DNA of 64,000 bases from an uncultured Chthonomonadaceae bacterium. Its GTDB lineage: Bacteria; Armatimonadota; Chthonomonadetes; Chthonomonadales; Chthonomonadaceae. The stretch is taken from the NCBI GenBank assembly GCA_963817895.1, contig CAWFQB010000002.1:352001-416000 (forward strand), read 5' to 3'. The number at the start of each line of letters is the position of its first letter. Position 1 is the first letter of the stretch. A model generated the notes under the pieces. That model was not told where the DNA came from and ran no database searches. It saw only the letters and a program-made list of their open reading frames with translations. Position numbers and translations under genes: made by a program. This document shows, piece after piece, positions 55,516 to 64,000 of the stretch.

Positions 55516-56880
55516 ATGACGCCGCCGCGCCGTCCGCTTAACCATACCATAACCAACTGCCCGCCTTCGGGCATCCGCCGCTTTTTCGACATCGCGCAGC
55601 AGATGGAAAACGTTATTTCGCTGGGCGTGGGCGAGCCGGACTTTGTCACTCCCCTGCGCATCCGCGAAGCCGGGGTTCATGCGCTGGAACGGGGCGTGAC
55701 CACGTACACCTCCAACAGCGGACTGCCCCTGCTGCGGCAGCGCATTTGCGAAATGCTCGCCACGCGCTATGATGCCCATTACGACCCGCAAACCGAATGT
55801 TTGATTACGGTTGGCGTATCGGAAGGGTTGGATCTGGCTCTTCGCGTCCTGATTAATCCCGGCGACGAAATTCTGGTCCCCGAACCCTGCTATGTGTCCT
55901 ATATTCCCGGCATCCTGTTCGCGGGCGGCGTTCCCGTTCTGGTTCCCACCGACGCGAGTGATGGTTTCCGTCTGCATCAGGAGCGGGTTGCCGAGCGCGT
56001 CACGCCCCGCACCAAAGCCCTGCTGATCGGCTCTCCGGCCAACCCCACGGGCGCCACTCAGTCCCGCGAAGACTTGCAGCAGTTGGTGAACCTTGCCGAA
56101 CAGCACGACTTTTATCTGCTTTCGGATGAAATTTATGACCGCCTGACGTATGTGGGACAGCATACCTGTCTTGGTTCCCTCCCCGGCGCGCGGGATCGCA
56201 CGATTGTTTTCAACGGCTTTTCCAAAGCCTATGCCATGACCGGCTGGCGCGTGGGCTACGTCTGCGCCCCGGAACCCCTGACGACGCTAATGACGCGGGT
56301 ACACCAGTTTACGATGCTGTGCGCCCCGCACGTCGCGCAAATCGCGGCTATCGAAGCGTTGGAACACGCCGAACCGGACGTGGCGGAAATGGTAGCGGAT
56401 TATGATAAGCGCAGGCGCGTGTTCGTGGACGGCCTGAACAGCCTTGGACTGACCTGCCCCGTTCCGCAGGGCGCGTTTTACGCCTTTCCCTCCATACAAA
56501 GTTCCGGCCTGAGCAGTGAAGAGTTTGCCGAGCGGCTGCTGATGGAGGAGCGCGTGGCCGTCGTGCCGGGAACCGCCTTCGGGCCGAGCGGAACCGGGCA
56601 TGTCCGCTGCTCCTACGCCACCGCCATGAGCCAACTGGAAGAGGCGTTGAGCCGCATAGGACGCTTTTTGCGCCGGCTGAAAGCAGAGGGCGAACACGTT
56701 CCGCCTTCACGCCGCGTCCTCAGCAGCAGGAGAACCGCGCTGCAAACCTCACTCCTGACACGCACGGGAGGAACCATCGGGGAGGAAAACGCCGCGCCCG
56801 CGCACGGAAGTTCCGCTCCGGTGTTGCGCGCGGGCGAACTGGTGACGGAAGAATCGCCCCGAAAGGCAGTGGCGCCATGA
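55516..56880 (+). CDS. Class I/II PLP aminotransferase
   Basis: LGVGEPDF, PANPTG, SDEIY, GFSKAYAMTGWR.G and RCSYA motifs. Confidence 0.93.
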   Translation: MTPPRRPLNHTITNCPPSGIRRFFDIAQQMENVISLGVGEPDFVTPLRIREAGVHALERGVTTYTSNSGLPLLRQRICEMLATRYDAHYDPQTECLITVGVSEGLDLALRVLINPGDEILVPEPCYVSYIPGILFAGGVPVLVPTDASDGFRLHQERVAERVTPRTKALLIGSPANPTGATQSREDLQQLVNLAEQHDFYLLSDEIYDRLTYVGQHTCLGSLPGARDRTIVFNGFSKAYAMTGWRVGYVCAPEPLTTLMTRVHQFTMLCAPHVAQIAAIEALEHAEPDVAEMVADYDKRRRVFVDGLNSLGLTCPVPQGAFYAFPSIQSSGLSSEEFAERLLMEERVAVVPGTAFGPSGTGHVRCSYATAMSQLEEALSRIGRFLRRLKAEGEHVPPSRRVLSSRRTALQTSLLTRTGGTIGEENAAPAHGSSAPVLRAGELVTEESPRKAVAP

Positions 56881-57525
56881 GCCAAACGCGCTTCATCACG
56901 CGCTTCTGTGGAACCTTAACGCTGTTTCTAGCGTTGCTTATAGCATCTATGGGCGTTCGGGCGGACCGAATTGTGCTGGGGCCGGACGGAGCCACGCTGG
57001 ACCCGAAGGGCCTCAAGGCGGAATTTGCCGTCACTCCCTATCGCGGCCAACAAAATATCAGCTGGCTGCAATACTCCGCTGCCGCTGGGCATCGAAATTC
57101 AGACGCAGTTTATCAATATTGCCAACAAGCAGCGAAATTTAACTTCGCTGGACGTGCAATATCCGATTCTTTCCGAGTTCGGGCAGTTTCCGTCCGTTTC
57201 CGTGGGCGTTCGCGATCTGCTGGGGACGGGCAGCGAACATCACTCGCTGTATGCCGCAGCGGGCAAATCGTTCATCCTGTCCAAAGATCAACTGAAATTC
57301 GCGCATGATTTTCGGGTCACGCTGGGCTACGGAACCGAACGTCTGGACGGGGCTTTTATCGGCTTTCACTCTTTTTTGAAAGCGGGCGTGTTTGTGGACG
57401 CGGAATTGTACAAGCGTCATCCCAATATCAGCATCGCCCTGCCTCTTGTACGCAACATGAAGGCGCGGGCTTACAGTCTTGATGGCAATATCTTTTACGG
57501 ATTGTCGTACACCTTAGTAAGGTAG
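56877..57525 (+). CDS. Hypothetical secreted, beta-rich (YjbH-like) protein, frameshift near 57080
   Basis: Signal peptide in the first ORF; PSVSVGVRDL..TG in the second. Confidence 0.6.
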
Positions 57526-57639
57526 GGAGTAGGGAATAGGGAGTAGGGAGTAGGAGCTTGCAACAATCAGCATGGTCTTGAATAGCATGTTGAGCAGAAG
57601 TGTTTATCTACTCCCTACTCCCTATTCCCTACTCCCTAC
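57522..57639. repeat. Perfect 32-bp inverted heptamer arrays (GTAGGGA)n ... (TCCCTAC)n
   Basis: 57522-57553 and 57608-57639 are exact reverse complements, including one variant unit. Confidence 0.92.
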
Positions 57640-57652
57640 GATGGAAGCAACC

Positions 57653-58845
57653 ATGACGATGCATTCTCAGAACGATCCCCGGCGCGTGGCGCTTATCAAG
57701 AGCCTGCTGACCAAGAACCGCTTTTACGCGCTTGTAGACCCGAATCGCGGCATTCGCAACGCCGATACCGTTGAGTTTATTCCCGCCGATCTTATCCTTG
57801 GGATCGCTTATCCCTGCCTGGAAGACGGGCTGAACGACTTCGCCGTAATTCGCACCACCTTTGAAACGCTCGACCTGTTTCCCGAAGACGACCCCATCCG
57901 CGAAGAGATGATGGAGATCGTCACCGACGCCCGCAGCAACCTGCTGCGCCGCCTGAACGAACTCCGCGACAAAATCCACGACAACCATGCCCATTTTCTC
58001 GGCACGGACTACAACGAGTTCAAAAGCTACTCGCTGGATATGGTGAACCGGGGCTACCCACGCCGCAACCTCGACAGCATGATGAAACTTAACGTGTTCA
58101 GTTCCGTCGCGGAAGCGGAAGGCTATACGGACAGCAACGAACTGCTCTACCACTACCAGTTTATTCCCGGCACGGATGTTGCGGCTGTGGCCGCCCTGCC
58201 CGCCCGCGAATTCATCGTGGAACTGTTCAACGACGTGCTGACAAGCGTTCTGGATGATGACAACTACAAAAGCAAGTATCTGTTCGACCGCAATGTGTTC
58301 CAGAAATTCATCGCCGTGATGTTCGTCAACTACGCCACAACCGACCCGATGTTCTACGGCATCAACCGCAGCGATTACGGCGTGTCGGGCGAAAAGGACA
58401 TGGACACAACGCCGCTGTATGTCGCTATTCGCAAAGAGTTGCTGGAGATCGAACAGCGCTTGAAGTTGGAAGGGCAGGGCCTGTTCCTGCCCGGGACGCA
58501 GCCGGGCCATGCGGAACCGGACATGGACGCGCCGGACTTCAGCGGCGGGGCACATCCGAGTTCGATATTCCCGACTTCACGCAGACCGGCGAAGCCGGGC
58601 ATCTGGAGCAGTCTAACACCGAACATCTGGCGTCGCGCCTGCCCGTTGTTCTCGTCAATGAGGAGGTGCTGCTCGGCCCCATCCATTCCCTGTGTTCCGC
58701 CGCGCTGGTGTTGAAGCGGCAGGGGGATGCGGAAACGCAGCGGTTTGCGCGCGTGATTCTTGCGGATGCGTGTCGTCTGGTGGATGAACTCAAGCGCCTG
58801 AGCATCATTTCGCCCCTGTCGAACAATCCGGGGCAGTGTGATTGA
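57653..58845 (+). CDS. Hypothetical protein, frameshift near 58550
   Basis: Strong GC3 codon bias; continues in a shifted frame as TSEFDIPDF...NNPGQCD*. Confidence 0.7.
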
Positions 58846-58919
58846 GGAGGAAGGCAGGAATATGGGAATAGGTCAAGCCCTTCTTCATTCCCATATTCCC
58901 ATATTCCTCCCCTTCCCTC

Positions 58920-58948
58920 TTGACAAACCCTGTCTGTAACGCTACAAT
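58920..58948 (+). promoter_or_regulatory. Near-consensus sigma70 promoter ~410 nt upstream of shc
   Basis: TTGACA-N17-TACAAT. Confidence 0.7.
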
Positions 58949-59360
58949 AGGCAGCCCTCGACCCTCACGCATTTCTCATCGGACGTATGCCTTCTAATTG
59001 GCCGCATACTGTCACGCCGGGATTACGCGCGCGTAGTTTGCAGAAGTTGCCTGCAAAAGCATACGCGCGGATTGTGGGCGAAATATGACGCCCGGATGCA
59101 GCAATATGGACGTCCGGCGCGTAACAATATACAATTCAAAACAGGTCGGGGCTATTTTTGGCCCCTGTCACGTTTGCCGCAGGCGCTTTGTCTGTGGAAT
59201 AACGATGCGTTTTCGCGGGGCGCAGCCCCCTGACACTCTGCGCCGTGCGGAAACCAGAGCCGAACTTTATTCGGACGGTGAATAGTTGAAGACGAGAGCA
59301 GAACACGCAAAGCCCGGTTCTTTCGATCAGGCTGTGACCACCCAACCTAAAAACCACGCG

Positions 59361-61451
59361 ATGGTTACTTCTTCCCCTTCCGAAGTCTCCTCCCGGCCCC
59401 GGACACTCTCCTCAGTTTCCGGCAATGTGGCTGTCTCCCATGCTCTGACGACGGAAACCGTCTCGCTGGAAGCCGTTCGCCACGCCATTACGGGCGCGCA
59501 GCACTATCTGCTGGATCGGCAGGAGCCGGAGGGCTACTGGGTCGCCGAACTGGAAGGCGATACCATCCTCGAAAGCGAGTATATTCTGCTCCTGCAGTTT
59601 CTGGATCGCCGCGATCCGGAGAAATTTCGCAAACTCGCCAAATACATTCGCAGCAAGCAGCATCCGGAAGGCTACTGGTCTATCTATCCCGGCGGCCCGC
59701 CGGATGTCAGCGCGTCCGTGAAAGCCTATTTCGCCTGCAAACTGGCCGGGCATAAGGAGAACGAGCCGTTTATGCGCCGCGCCCGCAACGCCATTCTCGA
59801 AGAGGGCGGCGTGACGCAGTGCAATACCTTCACCAAACTCTACCTCTCCATGTTCGGGCAGTACGACTGGCGCGGCGTTCCGACCATTCCGCCGGAAGCC
59901 GTGCTGATGCCCAAGTGGTTCTACTTCAATATCTACAACATGTCCTCGTGGTCGCGGGCGATTCTGGTTCCGCTTGCCGTGATGAACGCCACGCGCCCGC
60001 AGCGTCCCATTCCCGATAACGCGGGCATACCGGAACTGTTCGTGGGCGGGCGCGACCGCAAGCGGATGCGTGCTGTCGTGGGACCGCAAGCCGCTCACCT
60101 GGCGCAACGTGTTCCTGGTCATGGACAAAATCCTCAAGCTCTACGATGCCAGCCCCGTCAAGCCGTTCCGCAAACTGGCGCTGAAGCGGTCACTGGAATG
60201 GCTGCTGGAGCGCGAAGAGAACAGCGGCGGACTGGGCGCGATTTTCCCCGCCATGACGCACGCGATCATGGCCTACAAGTGCATGGGCTATGCCGGACAA
60301 CCATTGGGCGATCTGCAAAGAACTGGCGGAACTGGCCGCGTTCGAGATCGAAGAAGACGACACGATCCGCCTGCAGCCCTGCGTGTCGCCGATCTGGGAT
60401 ACGGCCATCGTCATCAATTCGCTGGTCGACAGCGGCTATGCCGCCGACAGCGAAGCGGTGCAGCAGGCGGCGGAATGGCTGCTGTCCAAGCAGACCACGC
60501 GCAAGGGCGACTGGGCGGTGAAAGTGCCCAATGTCGAGCCGGGCGGCTGGTACTTCGAGATGGAAAACGAGTACTATCCGGATGTGGACGACACCATCAT
60601 GGTGCTGATGGGCCTGTACAAGGCCTACTGTCCGAATGGCGAGCACTGGACGGAAGCGCCCGCCGCATGTCCGCGAAGTCGATGCGCAAGGGGCTGGACT
60701 GGGTCTTCGCCATGCAGAACAGGGATGGCGGCTGGGGCAGTTTCGACAAAGACAACAACAAGACGCTGTTCCAGTACGTGCCCTATGCCGACCACAACGC
60801 GATGCTCGATCCCTCCTCCGCCGACATCACCGCCCGCACGCTGGAAATGTGTCCTACTTCAGCATCGGAAACGCATCCGAATGGGGCCGCGATGTGCAAC
60901 GCGCCCTGGACTATCTCTACCGCGAGCAGGAAGCGGACGGCTCCTGGTTCGGCCGCTGGGGCGTGAACTATCTGTACGGGACGTGGCAGGTGCTGCGCGG
61001 GCTGGCGCGGTATCGGCGAGGATATGCAGTCCGAGCGGATTCAGCGCGCCGTGCGCTGGCTGCACTCCGTGCAGAACGAGGATGGCGGCTGGGGCGAAAC
61101 CTGCCAGTCCTACGATCCCGAACATCCGAAAGCCAACGGGCCAAGCACGCCGTCGCAAACCGCCTGGGCGCTGATGGGCCTGTTCAATGCGGGCGATCTG
61201 GACAGCCGCGTTCGTGCAGCGCGGGCTGGACTACCTGCTGAACAATCAGGACGAGCGACGGAACCTGGGAAGAGGAGTGGTTCACGGGAACCGGCTTTCC
61301 CCGCGTGTTCTACCTGCGCTACCACTACTACCGGCACTATTTCCCGCTCTGGGCGCTGGCGCAGTACCATACGTTTGTTACCGGCGAACCCTGCGACGGC
61401 CCCGCCAACAGCAAAGCGCATGGGGGCAGGTTCGCCAATTTGGAAGTGTAG
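59361..61451 (+). CDS. shc: Squalene-hopene cyclase, multiple frameshifts
   Basis: QW repeats, QPCVSPIWDT, YPDVDDT (DxDD), WFGRWGVNY.YGT and GTGFPRVFYLRY motifs. Confidence 0.93.
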
Positions 61452-61454
61452 CGC

Positions 61455-62504
61455 GTGAAAGACAAAATCGCTAAAGTCGCGTCTAAAATGCAGTGGAACC
61501 TGCTGGCCGCCGCGAATAATTCACGCCCGCCGCAGATTGAAATTGTGCATGAGCGCCAGGCGGACGCGCCGTTTCCCGGCTTGGAATATGTGTATAGGTG
61601 CGTGGAACCGGCGTGTATCGAGCCGGAATTCGGATACGTGATTACCGGGCGCGGCCAGTTGCTGGAAGCGTCTTTGCAGCCCAACGATACCGACAATTTT
61701 CCGCCCTGGCGACAGGGCCTCCCCTCCCCATCCGCCTTTCGCAAAGCCATGCTTCCGTCTGCCGCGAACGTGGTGTCCGTCCCCGCCGCCATCTCCCTGC
61801 GCCACTGGTGGGAGTGGAATTACTTTCATTTCTACAATGATGTGCTGGGTAAACTGCATCTGCTGGAAAAAGCGGGCGTGTCTGCTTCTATCCCTCTGGT
61901 GTTGGGAAAATACGCGAATGAACTCCCGTTCGTGAAGCAGATTATTTCGCGGGGCGAATTGGGAAAGCGGCAGTGGATTATTCAGGAGGATAATTATATT
62001 CGGGCGGACACGATCTACTATTGCCGCAGCAAAGAGACGAAGCGGGAGCGGTTCGGAACCATTCTTCAAATGGCGGACGCGCCCCTCCCGAACCCCGGTT
62101 CACCAAACCGCGTATTTCTGACCCGCAGCCCGAAAGCAAAGCGGCATGTCGCTAATGCCGGGGAGGTAATGGAGGTTGCGGGCAAATACGGTTTTCGCGT
62201 GGTGGATACGGACGGTATGAGTATCCAAAAGCAGATGGAACTGTTTGCCGACACGCGCTATCTGATAATGACGCATGGCGCGGGATTTACCAATATTCTG
62301 TACCGGCAGGACGCGCCCCTGTCCATTCTGGAACTTCACGCCAGTAATTATCTGACTCGCGACCCGCGAGACCTGGCGGAAACGTTCGGACACCCCTATG
62401 ACGAGCTTGGCGGGCCGGCGAATGGCGCAAATCCTCAACATGCCAACTATCACATAGATGCAGCTGAATTGGAGCGCAGAATCCAACAGATTTTGACAGG
62501 GTAA
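61455..62504 (+). CDS. Glycosyltransferase family 61 (DUF563)
   Basis: NYFHF..D, FLTR....RHVAN..E, QMELF and HGAGFTN motifs. Confidence 0.85.
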   Translation: MKDKIAKVASKMQWNLLAAANNSRPPQIEIVHERQADAPFPGLEYVYRCVEPACIEPEFGYVITGRGQLLEASLQPNDTDNFPPWRQGLPSPSAFRKAMLPSAANVVSVPAAISLRHWWEWNYFHFYNDVLGKLHLLEKAGVSASIPLVLGKYANELPFVKQIISRGELGKRQWIIQEDNYIRADTIYYCRSKETKRERFGTILQMADAPLPNPGSPNRVFLTRSPKAKRHVANAGEVMEVAGKYGFRVVDTDGMSIQKQMELFADTRYLIMTHGAGFTNILYRQDAPLSILELHASNYLTRDPRDLAETFGHPYDELGGPANGANPQHANYHIDAAELERRIQQILTG

Positions 62505-62511
62505 GGCCGAC

Positions 62512-63914
62512 ATGAAACAAACCTCAGCTGCGGAATTGAAAACAGGGCTGCACAGGGCGCGACTTGCCATTGTAATGTATTTTCTGATTGTCTGCGGACT
62601 ATGCGCGTTCGCTGTTCCCGTCGGACAGGGACCGGATGAAACCGCGCACCTGACCTACGTCAATTTCGTTACGTCCCGCAATCAGTTGCCCAACCAGTAT
62701 GTGCCAGACCGGTTCGTGGATTGGGAGGGCCATCAGCCGCCGCTGTACTACATGGTGGCCTCCATTCTGCTCCGCGTGGTCAACGGGGGCGAAGCGTGTC
62801 GTCTGGAAGGGCGGCCTGATTCCGCGCGCGAATGGACGCCGATTGCCTTTCACCTGAAAGACGGGTGGGAACATTGGGACATTCGCTTTATCGGCGCGCG
62901 GGATAAATCCGCATTTTACGCGCTGCGGTTTTTTCCCTGTTGCTCGGGCTTGGCATTGTGCTGCTGACCTTGCAAATCGGACGTTTGTTTTGTGAGGATT
63001 CGCTGTGGCAGGTGATTCCGGGCGTGTTTGTGACCACGCTGCCGCAATTTATTTTCAACTGCGCTTACATCAACAATGACCCGTTGAACAACTTGTTCAC
63101 TACAGCGGCCATTTATTACGGCCTGCGCCTGATAACGGCAAAGCAGCCTGACGGCGACGCGTTGCGCCTGGGGCTGTATACCGGACTGTCGCTGTGTACA
63201 AAGAAAACGGGCCTGTTTTTGTGACCATGTATTTTTGCCTTGATCTGGCAAGTGAGTCTCAGTCCCCGCGCCCGAACCCGGACCACGCCGCTTGTGACGA
63301 GCGTGAAACTTGCGCTGGGGATATTCGGAGTGGCGGGCCTGGTAAGCAGCTGGATGTTGCTGCGTAATCGCCTGCTGTATGGAGAATGGCTCGGCAACGG
63401 CATGGAACGCCGCGCGTTTCCCTGGATGATACAGGAAAAATCGCTGCTGTCCCCTTATTTTCGCGGTATGTTTCCGAAACTCCTGTATACTTCTTTTGTG
63501 GGACGGTTTGGGTGGATGGACGTGCTGCTGCCCACATTCGCTTACGGATTCTACCTGCTGCTTATGGGAGCGGCGGGCGTGGGCGTGTGCTGGTATCTGG
63601 CGCGGCGGCCTGCGGGTGAGGAACCGTTTTCACCCTTACGCGTCCGCGTGTACGGCGCGCTGGGCTGTATCGCCTGCTGTCTGGCTGGCATTATCCTGTT
63701 CAACTTGACGCATTCGCAGCCGCAGGGCCGCTACCTGTTTTCCGTTTTGTCCCTGATTGGCGCGCTGGTCGCCCTCGGCGGATTAACCCTTGCCGCGCGG
63801 CTGAAGCTGTTTCGCCGCCTATCGCGTAGTGGCGCATACGCGCTTGCCGCCGTCTGCGCCGCGCTGCTGATCGGCATTGATCTGCTGTCGCTGTGGCGTA
63901 TATACCGAAGCTAA
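62512..63914 (+). CDS. Membrane GT-C/ArnT-like glycosyltransferase (DUF2142-like), frameshifted
   Basis: PDETAH, HQPPLYY, INND, SFVGRFGW and QGRYLF motifs. Confidence 0.8.
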
Positions 63915-64000
63915 CGTTTATTTTGCAGTACGGCGCATGGAAAGCAGAACGGGACTGAAGCCGATAATTATCAGGAAGTCCATTCCTCCACATGCGTAAA

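Overview
GC-rich bacterial chromosomal window. Gene content and repeat style suggest Armatimonadota or a similar Terrabacteria lineage (inference only). Core genes include a Tat-exported xanthine/aldehyde oxidoreductase cluster, xfp-ackA, three Uma2 nucleases, an ABC exporter, a DyP peroxidase, thiN, ligA, a SigH-like sigma factor, ggt, an S9 peptidase, an aminotransferase and shc followed by glycosyltransferases. Many genes, including the normally essential ligA, are broken by short indels, most likely long-read consensus errors. Mobile and repeat content: one complete IS630 with a probable programmed frameshift, a 102-bp MITE, REP doublets, and a family of heptamer-array elements that also occur in frame inside proteins. 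The best candidates for undescribed biology are: (1) an AT-rich island operon linking a pentapeptide-repeat protein, a divergent CDPS-like (tRNA-dependent) enzyme and a Pot-like ABC transporter; (2) a cyclase-STAND-TPR gene followed by a secreted TPR-CHAT protease carrying 12 RPFEAPS heptads inside its catalytic domain; (3) in-frame heptamer insertions whose purine arm appears to have lost its stop codons; (4) an acetate kinase whose adenosine motif resembles the PPi-dependent Entamoeba enzyme; (5) a kinase-STAND-GAF-cyclase / VioB-N-like / secreted propeller trio. No tRNA, rRNA or CRISPR array was seen.
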